The notes under the pieces are model-generated. The model had not been told where the DNA came from, did not search any database, and saw nothing but the letters and a program-made list of their open reading frames with translations. Of a DNA stretch of 64,000 nucleotides, positions 10,771 to 23,324 are shown in pieces; the first letter of the stretch is position 1, and each line of letters begins with the position of its first letter. The position numbers and the translations under genes were made by a program. Where the stretch lies: contig OZ024740.1 in NCBI GenBank assembly GCA_964016885.1, forward strand, positions 307,458,001 to 307,522,000. The letters are read 5' to 3'. This stretch comes from Eledone cirrhosa. Its lineage: Eukaryota.

Positions 10771-13291
10771 TATATATTTGCATATACATTATATACATAC
10801 AAACGTATCTGTTGCGTGTTGGCTTATGATAAAAAACTGATATATGATTCACGGGACAGCAAATATGACATTGCAGCTAGTGACCCAATTGTGAGCACAG
10901 GGTGAATAGTAACCTGTTACCCGACCTAATTTGTGCGGGATTACGAAGGAAGAGTATTCGCGAATGAGTAACCCCAGTGCCAGCCATGTCCTGTGACCGG
11001 ACTAATATGACAATGGGTGCGGCAAACAGATGAACACCGTTTCAAATGCAGGCAACATCTAATAAATTTTGCGACCGGAAATAATTTAGAAGTGATATTT
11101 ATGTTATACGGGTCATTCCTTTAAGATAAGCTCTTGTTTTATTTTGTTAGTCACAGGATCGTCTTCCACTTCCGAATGTTTCAATGCAAATTTAAGTATG
11201 TACTGAAATACGTAGACATAAACACGCACGCATATAAATATATACACACGTTTGTGTGAATTTCTGTGCGAGATCTGCATTTGTGTGGTTGTGGGTGTAT
11301 TTTTCCTACAGGGTCGTTCACCACCGATTATAACTAAAATTACATATGTATACATGCCAACCGAATTCGTAGAGTGAATAATTTTAGATACAAATATATC
11401 GACAGTGGTGAATGACCGCTATATGAGTGTATATATATATATGAGGAACATTTCCGATGATTCAATTGAACGATACATCACTCCATCACATCATTCTTGA
11501 TAATATGTGGCAAGTTTGGCCCATTAAATCACAGATACAACTCATTTTTTCCAAGCTGTGTGAAGAGGAGTAATGTGAAATAAAATGTTTTGCGCAAGGA
11601 AACAACGCTTACTACTTATAAGTAGTTTTCCTAAATCCATGATTTACGTTTCGAAACTTTCACAGCCTCATCTTCGCAAACAACGAGATTAGTAATATTT
11701 TTGGTTCCTGTTATTAGTGTAATTATGGTTTTACTGTAACCCTGCCTTCCACATTTAAGGTTATCAAACATATAGTGCCTAATGAACAATTATGTTAATT
11801 TTATGAAGAGTATATTGGCTGATCTAAAGTTGGATCCCAACTTAACCCTAAAGTCCCCCCATGTCTTAACTTTGAACGCCTTTACTGTCTCTACTGCGAC
11901 CTTTCCCGCCTGCTTTACAACAAGCGCAAGAAGGAGGGCTTATTTCCAAGTTAAGCTTTGTAAGCCCCCTTCTTTGCTCGGAAGGCATCTTTGACCTGCT
12001 GATTGAACCAAGGCGTCCTTCTGCAACCCAGCGCCACACCAAGCCGTTAAATACTTCCGAAATGCAGTAGCATACGGAACCTAATTTTTAACAAACCTCA
12101 CAAATGATAAAGATTTTAAAGATTATGGGAAGCAAAATACATGTTGCCATATATCTACAACATAGACACACACAAACCTAAACATATTACGTACACCCGT
12201 GTACACGCCCACACACTCACATGCACATAGATAAAGAACTATACAAATGTGCACATATACATGTGCATGCACGTATATATCAGATATACACCGCAAGCGG
12301 AAGCATTTCTATTCTTATTACATTCTTATGATAAAAATAAATTAGAGATTTCGGTGAGGTATAAGAATCAAGTTGTTTTATGTTTACTATTGAGAGAGTT
12401 GTACAGTTTGCGCTTACACTATGCATTCAACCATATTATAAGATCTCTTGAGGGGTCTCATTGCTTGATATTTAATACAGAACAGGGTATCAATAGCAGA
12501 CACCAAATCATGATGTAGATATAACGAATTAATATTAAATATGCACTGCATTTGATATTTACTAATTACTATTTGTAGTATCGCTAGGAGTTGTGTACAC
12601 GGTTCATTCAATTATGTCGAAGATCTGTTTCTTGATTTAATTAAAGATTTCATGAATATACTGTGAAATGTATGTGTACAGCCGGCTAATATTTCAGTGC
12701 GTTTATTAATTAAACCTATTTTGTGACTCATTACATCTAAAGTTTTCATTGAACATTAATTGCATTTTCTCTCCCCGTCTTGGTGTTTCGTTTAGAGATT
12801 CCATATAAACTCTCCGTGTAATGCATTTTGTTTTCTATTAATACTTTAAAGCAATTAATATTATTATAATATCTGTACTTAAAGGCAGGGCAGTGGCGCC
12901 AATATAATAAGATATTTTGTTACATGTAATGTGCATTCATAAACCACGTTTTCTGTAATGCAACGGGAGGTAATACCGAGAAGGTATTCGATAATTACAT
13001 ATTCTACTATAGACATTGTTAAGGGAAGTATTATCCACTGTATTGTATAATCGAGGTATTGAATTTCAGCCCAGCTATTAAATAGTTATCCATAGTTACA
13101 GCGGGATTAGGTATATTTATATTTTTCATATTGCAATTTAATTTTATATTATTTGTTGTAGTTATGTTATCGGGTAACTTTGATGTGGGAGACGATGTCA
13201 AGTAGGCTTATACGAGGGAAGACATATCCCTCTCTATCTTCCCCTAGACATACACTCACACACAGTCACTCCTCACCACACACTCATATAC

Positions 13292-13326
<35 letters not shown>

Positions 13327-13789
13327 CGTGCGCGTGCGTGTGTGTGTATGTTGTGCATAAGACAAAAAAAAATAGAAGTTAGGTGTAGGTAGATAGATAG
13401 CTCATTCTTTTACGCTCGTTTCAGAGGGTCGATTGATCGCTGGAGATCGATATATTGACTAGCATGGTAGTGGTTAAGTTACTATCTATTTTCAGTCACG
13501 AAATCCCTGTTCATTTGGCCGTCCTCCTCAGAAACAATTCGTATCTATATGCATGTATGTATGTATGTATGTATGTATGTATGTATGTATGTATGTATGT
13601 ACAACCTGTCTCATGGTCGGGTCGTTGGCGACTAAACTGGCAACCCCACCAAGGTTTCTTGGTGAGAACTAAAAACAAAACCTGTCAAAGGGCAAAGGAG
13701 CTCTTAAGAGTCAATGGCCATCCAAAATCACCGGGAGAGATGACCCCCTTAGCCTTTGTCAAGGCAGAATTCTAGGAGAAGGAAAACTC

Positions 13790-14095
13790 TGATGGTATAC
13801 AATGATGTTGACTTGTTCTTCTTTTTGGTAAATATCATCTTGGTTAAGAGAGTGGGACTGGCTTTGTGCAGTGCCTTTGCTCACTATAAAAGCTTCACGG
13901 CACAGGCATTGCTTTATATCTGGAGATCTCTCTGCACTTGTCATCACATGGTACCATGGGCCCAGCACTATGTGTCAATAATTGTCATAAGTGTAGTGTT
14001 TGTACTAGAGTTTTCAAGTCGCTGGCTGGACTAAAAAGTCACACTCGTTCAGCGCATCGGTAGCGGTTCTCCTACATGGATATAAAGTAGTGGCC
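13790..14095 (-). repeat. Dispersed repeat, reverse-complement copy of 37248-37552
   Basis: The ORF track gives the same translation VSKGTAQSQSHSLNQDDIYQKEEQVNII at both loci, and the nucleotides match over about 300 bp. Confidence 0.85.
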
Positions 14096-14154
14096 ACTAC
14101 TTTATTTCCATGAGACAGGTTGTACATACATACATACATACATACATACATACA

Positions 14155-14186
<32 letters not shown>

Positions 14187-14197
14187 GATACGAATTG

Positions 14198-14324
14198 TTT
14201 CTGAGGAGGACGGCCAAATGAACAGGGATTTCGTGACTGAAAATAGATAGTAACTTAACCACTACCATGCTAGTCAATATATCGATCTCCAGCGATCAAT
14301 CGACCCTCTGAAACGAGCGTAAAA
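14198..14324 (+). ncRNA. HHR-like motif with very long stem II; mirror copy on the minus strand at about 13407-13534
   Basis: ttt-CTGAGGA-ggacgg...gaccctct-GAAAC-gagc-GTA-aaa. Confidence 0.5.
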
Positions 14325-14443
14325 GAATGAGCTATCTATCTACCTACACCTAACTTCTGTTTTTTTTTGTCTTATGCACAACATACACACACACGCACGC
14401 GCACGCGCACGCGCGCACACACACACACACACACACGCACGCG

Positions 14444-14532
<89 letters not shown>

Positions 14533-14591
14533 GTATATGAGTGTGTGGTGAGGAGTGACTGTGTGTGAGTGTATGTCTAGGGGAAGATAGA

Positions 14592-14630
<39 letters not shown>

Positions 14631-15111
14631 CAAATTTATACGGGAACAAAACAGAGAGGCAGACAAATAAAGGTTTATTAGGTCCACGCTTTTGAGAGTG
14701 GGATATATATATGATTTTCATAGAATTGTAGGAAGTAGCTGTAAAACACCCTGTTGCTAGTGTGCATAGCGAAAGGTTGAGTTAAAATATAACCCTATAT
14801 CGAGCGGAAGAAGGGTCAGAGAAGAGAGGAGAAGGGGAGAGAATGAAATTTTATTTTTTGGAGAATTACGAATTCATCGCCCAAAAGAACATTTTTGTTC
14901 CATCGTTCTCGTGCTTGTCTTTCTTTTCTTTTCCGTTCTTCTCTTCTTTTCTCAATCCGTGCTTTATATATATATACATATATACGCTCTACACACACAC
15001 ACATACATACATACACGCACATACATCTCTACACCCACCTACACACACATATATATGTATATATACAATATATACACACACACATAGATGTGTGTGTGTG
15101 TTCTGTGTATG

Positions 15112-15142
<31 letters not shown>

Positions 15143-15149
15143 ATGACTG

Positions 15150-15342
15150 TGTGTAGAGCGTCGGATAACATGCTTTGTGACATATAGTTACGTTCCTTTA
15201 CGTTCTGAGTTCAAATCTCGTCAAAGTTAACTTTGCCTTTCATCCTCGATAAAATTAAGTACCAGTAACGCACTGGGGTCGATTTAATCGACTTTCCCCT
15301 TTCCCACAATTACTGACCTTTTTCCTATATCAGAATCCATTA
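15150..15342 (+). mobile_element. Diverged SINE family A
   Basis: gtagagcgtcgga...ctgagttcaaatctcgtcaaagttaactttgcctttcatcc...aagtaccagtaacgcactggggtcgatttaatcgac. Confidence 0.8.
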
Positions 15343-16129
15343 TTAGTCACTGTAGTTATTATTTGTGATCCCATAAATTACGATATTCATGTTAAAAATG
15401 CCGAGATATCTCAAAAACCAAACAAATATCTTAACGACAACGAAGAATTGATAAGAAGACCTTGACTCTATCTACAACTGGGCTTCTAGCAGAACACGAG
15501 CCTTTGTACAGACACATTTTGGTCATAACGCTATCTGTATTCATGTGACTCGCAAGCTAAATGTAGTGGAATATAAAGAAAATGATTAACGAAAGAGATG
15601 CAGTGGGAAAACAATCACAGATAAATGTCACAAGTTGGGTTAGGAAAAAAGCCGCTGGAAAAAAAATCTTGCATCTCATTTAAATACCATAAATAATAGT
15701 AAAATGTGAGGTGGGGTGGCTGTTGCAGTGGGTGTCGCTGGCCATTTTCTGCGGAAATGCCTTTGCAGTTTTGTCCGCGGGATGCAGTCGAAACACCACC
15801 CCGACCTAGCACATAGTCTCTCACCCTCTTCTCTTCCATCTATCTTTCTCCCCTTGCCTAATAGTCCTTGCTCTTCCCTTCCTTTTCTTCACATTTATGA
15901 TATTTATAGTCTTTTCCTCTACTTTCCTATACAGCCACATATGACCTTCCTTACCCTTTCCCCCTTGTTTTTCATTACGTATTCTTTAAAAAATATTTCC
16001 ACCATTGTATAACTTCTGTTTGTAAAATTTAGTTGACATAATTTTAGAAAAAAAAAAAAATTAATTATGTAATAAAAACAACTTTAAAAATTTATAGTTA
16101 ATTGGCTTAAAGAAATATTTCAAGTCGAA

Positions 16130-17000
16130 TATTAACTGGCGGTAGAGAAAGCCAACACAATTTATATAATATTGCTCCCTGTCGCCTCTTCACGCTGAAA
16201 CCATTCAATAATGAGCCACATTGAGACACGGCTGTTACTGACGACCTTGAAACACTTCTTATTTTATACTTCAGAAATGTTGCTGGTACGAGCATTGTTG
16301 TTGATGGGGGGCGTTATACACATTCCATAGATGTTAGGGGAATGCAAATATAAGTAGGATGACATATTTTCAGAGTCATCAGCATGACAACTGGCTGCTG
16401 AATCAATTGAAAGGAGCCACCTACATACACACGATTAAAGTAAATGAACAACACCTTCATTTCAGGTGGATCCTTTTGAATAACAATTTTTATCAACGTC
16501 TAGTACACCAATCATCCCTACAAGACAAAAACAAAACAAAAAAAGACACAAACAAACCCAGGAAACTCGGCATTAGACTGTGTAATCAAACCCATTTCCC
16601 GAATCTTACGTCAAATAGAGTAAAGTGATAGAAACGACTTCTGTTTTCTACATCGTAACGATAAGAGAACAGCTCTGAGTGCACTATCTTTAAAATGTGT
16701 TGTAATATTTTCTTCTGAATGTTTTTCCATAGTAATTTTTTCTGCGACTTACTTTTTTGTGACGTTTTTCCTGGATTCAAGAACACAGCCGGTTCCAGAA
16801 TCAGTATCAAAGCCAGTAAATAACATCTGAATTGATATGAATAATACTGCACCTTTCTGCTTGACGCTGTAAAGCGTGCAATATCTGCATGAGTGTGATA
16901 AAAACGATTTAGAAAATGTTCATAACAAAAGTTCATGTTGACTTTCTGTACTAAAATGTTAACGTATCTTGACTCGTCTTTTTAGTTCAAGGTTTAAGTA
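16130..17000 (-). pseudogene. Degenerate MULE/Mutator-type transposase fragment
   Basis: Frameshifted minus-strand pieces LWKNIQK, PEMKVLFIYFNRVYVGG, WNVYNA..NNNARTSNISEV*N and SMWLIIEWFQREE resemble the MULE motifs lWrkiq, YF..tyv, WN.y....RTNN..EgwN and HP.iw..ie.lq.ee. Confidence 0.55.
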
Positions 17001-17185
17001 TGATCGGTGTTAGCTTCTAACAATTCAGAGCTCTTTTGATTTGACACAAAGTTACAAATATAGCCTTTATTATTTAAAACTTTATAATATATGCAGTACA
17101 TTGTAGTTCTTTATATAGCATATATACTAACTACTATACCGTACTACATAATATAGCGTAGTAGAGATCCATATTATATAAGAGT

Positions 17186-17368
17186 GTGGGCTGGCAGTAT
17201 CAGTAGAGCGTCAGAAATCATGCTTTACAGCATAGCGTTGCGGCCCTTTTCATTCTGAGTTCCAATCCCGCCGAGGTTAACTTTACTTGTCATCCTTACG
17301 GGGTCGATAAAATAAAGCACCAGTAATGCACTGGGTAATTGCTGGCCTTGTGCTAAAAGTAGAAACAA
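17186..17368 (+). mobile_element. SINE family A
   Basis: Full consensus match from ggctggcagtatcagtagag to agtagaaacaa. Confidence 0.85.
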
Positions 17369-18317
17369 TAAGAGTTTATTATTCTATAACAGAGAATAGT
17401 GAAGGATTCTCCGTCAGTTTCGACGATAAGCATTTATTTGTTCTCTCAGTTGAATTCTTACACATTTATGGCTGAATATTCTATTGACACGTGTATCCTC
17501 AACGAAATTCTCAAACAGAATCAGCATGATACAATAGGCCAAAATTCTACAGGTACATTACAGAGAGAGGGATGGGGAAAAGGGGAGAGAGAGAGGAGGG
17601 TATGGGGAGAAGGGGAGAGAGGGAGAGAGAGGGGAGGTATGGGGAGAAGGGGGAGAGAGAGAGAAGGGTATGGGGAGAAGGGGAGAGTCGTAGGAATAAG
17701 AAAGTTAGAGAAAAGAAGCATCAAACCTAGTGTTAGTTTGGTAAGATATTAAATCAGAAACCAATATTAGACTCCCGTTGTGGCTGAGATTAATTCTTAG
17801 TCAATAGTTTCAATTTATAGTTAAACCTGCTAGATTATTAGAACGTATCTTAGCCGTGGACACAAGACAATGTTGGGGGTTGCGATTTGAAATGTGAAAT
17901 CTCGCATAGTTGATTCATACAATATCCTTTAGATATCTACACACCTGAGTATAATACATGCATAGTTTTACATAGAGCGGTGAGTAAATTTAATTTTGTA
18001 GTACATGATATTTCTATGTTTTAGTTATAAAAATTCCTTTATTAAATTAGGTTGATAATTGAAAAATAAGAATGTTTTAATATATTGGTTAAAAAGTAAT
18101 ATTATTAAATCAATCTATTATCAATTTGTTTTGTGATTATTATAGTTAGATTATTAAGTATATAAAAGTTTTGAATAAATTTATAAAAATGAGAAATAGT
18201 AGAAGTTCGTCTTTTTACTGAGTTCAAATCATGCCAAGAATCACATTTCAGGTTCGATAAAATGATACCATTTCATGTATCGATAAGAATTTAATCGTCT
18301 GTGGTATTATACTAACC

Positions 18318-18747
18318 TTCTTCTTCTTCTTCTTCTTCTTCTTCTTCTTCTTCTTCTTCTTCTTCTTCTTCTTTTTCTTCTTCTTCTTCTCCTTCTCCTT
18401 CTCCTCCTCCTCCTCCTCCTTGAGAGGGTCTTGGGGACAGAGTCCTCAAACCCTCGTTCCAGAGGATCCTGTCAGAAGCAACCGTTTCCAACTGATCCGG
18501 CTAGATCCCCAAGCAAGACCAGCTAAGCTCATGGATGTTATCCAAGCATCTTGCTCGGGATCTACCCCTGGATCTCCTGCCAGTTGGTTTTGCCCGTAAA
18601 ATTTGTCCAGCGATTCTTTCCTGAGACATGCCCATATTATCGGAGCTGTGATCTCTCAATTCGGAGAAGATACGGCTCTACCTGGAATGACTCTTTGATC
18701 TCCGAGCTACGTATTCTATCAAGTAACGTTACTCTTATACCAATGTA
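18318..18747 (-). mobile_element. RTE-clade LINE 3' fragment with (AGA/AGG)n tail
   Basis: Minus strand translates VTLLDRIRSSEIKESFQVEPYLLRIERSQLR*YGHV...KPTGRRSRGRSRARCLDNI, a typical RTE C-terminus, followed by a trinucleotide tail. Confidence 0.75.
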
Positions 18748-18929
18748 ACAGCTAAATATCATTTGATACAATCCATATTCTGCTTGAACGAATCAAGGCT
18801 TAACTTCACCTAACGAGAAGAGGAATGGATGAAATTATTAATATGTTAATATCAGGAATGTGGTACGACTAAATCCAAGTCTTCGATCAACCAGCAATAT
18901 TAATAATATTGCATATATATAACATAAGC

Positions 18930-19612
18930 ACATGGCCAGCAATTTTGGGGGAGGGAAGTCTATAACATTGACACCCCGGAAACAATGATAATGATAATAG
19001 TTTCTGATTTAGGCACACGGCCAACAATTTTTTGGGAGGAGAATATCGATTAAATCTACCCCAGTGCGTTACTGGTACTTTATTTTATCGACCTAGTAAG
19101 GAGGAAAGGCAAAGCTAACCTTGTCAGGATTTGAACTCAGAATGTAAAGAACTGTAAGTAAACCCCGCAAGGTATTTTGTTTCACGCACTAACGGATCTG
19201 ATATGATAGGCCCAAGCCTAAACATTTGGAGAGAAAAGTTAGTCGATTAAATCGACTCCAGTTGTTGACTGGTACTGTATTTCATCGACCCCCGAGAGGA
19301 TGAAAAGCAAAGCTGATCTCGGTAGTATCTAAACTTAAAACGTAACGAGCCGAAACGAAATACAAATGCAATAAGGCCTTTCATCTAACTCTCTAACAAT
19401 TCTACCAAACCACCGCCATGATATTAATATTTGTTTCTACTTTAGGCACAAGCCCAGCAAATACCCAGTGCATTACTGGTACTTTTATTTTATCGACCCC
19501 CTAAGGATGAAAGGCAAAGTCAACCTCGGCGGGATTTGAACTCAGATCATAAAGGGACGTAACTATGCTGGAAAGCATGGCGTCCGACCCTCTACCGATA
19601 CTGCCAATCCAC
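18930..19612 (-). mobile_element. Cluster of three or four SINE family A copies
   Basis: Repeated actggtacttt(t)attttatcgacc...gaaaggcaaag.t.acct...gatttgaactcaga at about 19070, 19270 and 19475. Confidence 0.85.
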
Positions 19613-19927
19613 AATAATGCTATATAGAAGTAATAATTTACGCAGTATATTGTTGGTTGCATCAGATGATGCTGTCTCTGTAAATAGCTGATTTCGCTGC
19701 AGTAGTCCACCTATCTATGCCTGATATTAGTGTTGCAAATTGATATGCAACTTTCCAAGTGTGAGTTTACATAACACTGTAGCTACTTTGCTTCTTGCAG
19801 CTGTTGACCTTGCTGTGACGACAACATATTGTCGGATTTTTACACCAATTTGCATTTCTATATGCGTTGAAGCATTGGAGTTATATATATGTTTGTATGT
19901 ATGTATGTATGTATGTATGTATGTATG

Positions 19928-19973
<46 letters not shown>

Positions 19974-19976
19974 AAT

Positions 19977-20048
<72 letters not shown>

Positions 20049-20092
20049 ATGTGTAGGTAGGTTTGTGTACATTCACGCGCACACATACAGAA

Positions 20093-20128
<36 letters not shown>

Positions 20129-20282
20129 GTATAAGTATATGTATATATATATATATATGTTTGTATATATATGTATGTGTGCTTGTGTATTCATATATTT
20201 TCATAAGAAGTGAGAAAGATTTGTATAAAGATATATACGTAAATATTTATGTGTATACACGCACACACACTCTCATATATGA

Positions 20283-20391
<109 letters not shown>

Positions 20392-21025
20392 CGTGTGTGT
20401 GTGCATGTGTGTGTGTATGTGTGTAGTGAGAACATGTGCTGCATAAAACACTTTTTTACAAGCGATGACGTGTCCGGCACCAGCTGCAGTTAATACAGAC
20501 CTACCCTTATCAGGTTTTGACTGCAATACGTAATGCAACAGCTTTGGTGCATTTCGCTGGGATGCAGCAGCTGCATCACTTGTATAACCATTCGTTCGCG
20601 GGTGACGTTTAAGATAGCTTGTTTTTGTACGCAGAGAAAAGTGCACGCGACCAGGTCACCGCATTGTCATCATGTGCAGCCTTGCAAATGTAAGTTTTCT
20701 GTTTACACACACAAATCACCGCCTGACTGCAGTTTAACAAGTTAAACTCAACAATAACAGCAGCAGCAGCAACGTATATGACAGCGGGGTGTTGCATTGA
20801 ATATAGGCAGCTCACCTGCGTTCCCCCTTTCATGTCACGCACTTAGCGCTTCAGTGCCTTCATGTGAGATGCCTCAAACGTTTTTATTTGTTTGTGTAGC
20901 TATATTTATATATTTTATATTTTATTAATTTCGCCGTACTAAATGCAGTCGCCAATCTCACCTTCATCCTCTATCGATTTGTAATTTCACTTTTCTTTCC
21001 TTCTTGTGTAAGAAGATATACATAC

Positions 21026-21056
<31 letters not shown>

Positions 21057-21689
21057 TGTATGTATGTATGTATGTATGTATGTATGTATGTATGTATGTG
21101 TGCATGTGTATTGGGTCAATGCCACATAAAAATGGGTGTATGTGTAAAAGCAACACTATCACAAACTTGGAATCACTACTCTCTCGTGGGTCTCAAATGA
21201 GCATTGTAGAGGGCTAATTATGGTTAAGGACTGAAATATTTCTGGCTCTGAAAAGAAGATCTATTTTTTGAGATGTGGTCTTAGCTATGTCAAAGATGTG
21301 CGTTTGCTGTAAGAGATCTTTGGTGATTGTGAAGTCTATTAGCCTTTAAAGTGATCGTATGAGCTCTTGTTGCGGTTGCGTATTGCTTAAAGGGGCGACG
21401 TGTAGTGATGTCTTTCTTGATAAAAGCAATGCTTGTATTTGGCGTGAGGTGTCAATGCTGAATGTGAATGACGATTGTTATGGAAGAATGAAGGGCGTTA
21501 CCATCTGTGTAACAGTGGGCGTGGGTAGACTTGACGCCAAATAGGTTATTGATACATAGAAGGAAGAGTGTGATGGACAAAATGAATTACTTTTAAAAAT
21601 TTGTATTCCTTAAACATTTCATATATTTTTCTTTTCAGTAAGATCGGCAATTCACTGGTTTTATGCAGAAATGGTCGCATTATACATTA

Positions 21690-21985
21690 AACAAAACTGG
21701 AAACCCATCAGCTTCCAGTCTAACATGTACAAACTACCTCCCAATTATAAATTACATCAGTGGTGTCTTTGATTTCAGTCAAGCAAAAGAATAAGCAATG
21801 TTCAGAAGCTTGTTTTCAACAACTGACCATTTACGAGATATAAAACAAGTTATTTAGAAAAAATGGGGAATGTAGACAGCGATTGTATTTCAGCTTTTTT
21901 GATTATGAGAAGGTTTTCGATAGCATTGAAATCCCAACTATTCTTGAAACTCTTAGTGAACAAGGAATACATTTAGCAAGTGATT
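21690..21985 (+). pseudogene. Degenerate RTE-type reverse transcriptase fragment
   Basis: FFDYEKVFDSIEIPTILETLSEQGI (the FiDyeKAFDS motif), with PISFQSNMYK and FSTTDHL remnants upstream. Confidence 0.6.
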
Positions 21986-21990
21986 CAACC

Positions 21991-22076
<86 letters not shown>

Positions 22077-22197
22077 GCAAACGCATGCGCAAAGAAGACA
22101 AAATAAAATAAACAAACAAGCAAATAAATAAATAAATATATAGACAGACTGAATAAAAATGGCGTAGACATGTAATACAACAGGAGGAAACGATAAC

Positions 22198-22239
22198 ACC
22201 ACTGACGATGTTGCAGATGTGCAACGAAAGATTTATGAT
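22198..22239 (+). ncRNA. HHR-like motif in the P1 pseudo-LTR (also 26268-26309 on +, about 45725-45762 on -)
   Basis: CTGACGA-t-gttgca-gatg-tgcaac-GAAA-gattta; perfect 6-bp stem II, weak stems I and III. Confidence 0.55.
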
Positions 22240-22422
22240 AAACTATATGTATGTGTTTGTGTCTGTATTGTATCTGTATTATTTTTGACCGTCGGTCAGT
22301 CAATGGCAACATTGAGGACCGAGTAAGTTAGATTACCGATATAAAAGACACAGAAGCGAGAAGCGAAAACCAACCAAACAGTGAGTGTGTTCTGTTATTA
22401 ATTCTGGCAATATTACACAAAT

Positions 22423-23111
22423 ATGACCCTCCCCAAGTATAACAATATTTGTTTCGACACACGATTTCATATAAAAAACCTCGCAAAACTAATTCATCGC
22501 CGCTATGGCATTAGCTTGTGCCAAGCTGAACTTTATTGAAAGACACTGTTTTCTGTTATATAAAAACTACAATAACAACAGAACAAATCCGCTTCTTAAA
22601 ACACTGTGTTTCCTCCAAAATATACACAACAAACATATCAAAACAAGTAAATAATTTATTGTTGAACAACACACAAGCTGAACGACTAAAACACACAATA
22701 ACAGTTAATATGAAAAGAACAACATACACAAAAGTCAACGAACTTTACAGACAGAAACGCATTAACGGTAAGGAAGTCCGAAATCTCACCACAGCAAACG
22801 AGAGGGATATTTTCATGAGCGTCATCCGACGTGAAACGAAATACGCCCGAAACGAATGCAATAGGCATTTCAATAAGAAATTAGAATGGATGAATAAGAA
22901 AAAACTACAAGGAAAATAGAATATTCTCAAAAATACCCAGATAACATCAACAATATCTGTATGACTGATGTAAAACTACCGGAAGAATTTACCAATGACC
23001 ACACAGTAAATATTTATGGGAACACTTTAATCAGTGAACAAAAGATTAACCCTATTGAGTGCAAAACGGAGCTGGAAAAGTGTTTCACAAAAATACGTTG
23101 GAATGCAAAGG

Positions 23112-23158
<47 letters not shown>

Positions 23159-23293
23159 AATAATAACGGTAGTAGTAATATAAACAATAACTCTGAGTAT
23201 AGAAATAACAGCCATGACAATAACAATAGCAGGAAAGTGAGAAATAGTAATAATGGTAATAATACTAACGATAGACAGAACAACAACAACCAC

Positions 23294-23324
<31 letters not shown>

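Larger units (their letters stand above)
13224..14600. repeat. Large inverted duplication (arms 13224-13616 and 14108-14600) around a spacer of about 490 bp
   Basis: Identical 29-aa ORF starts ([10 protein letters not shown]...) on opposite strands. The arms match by reverse complement apart from microsatellite length. Confidence 0.9.
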
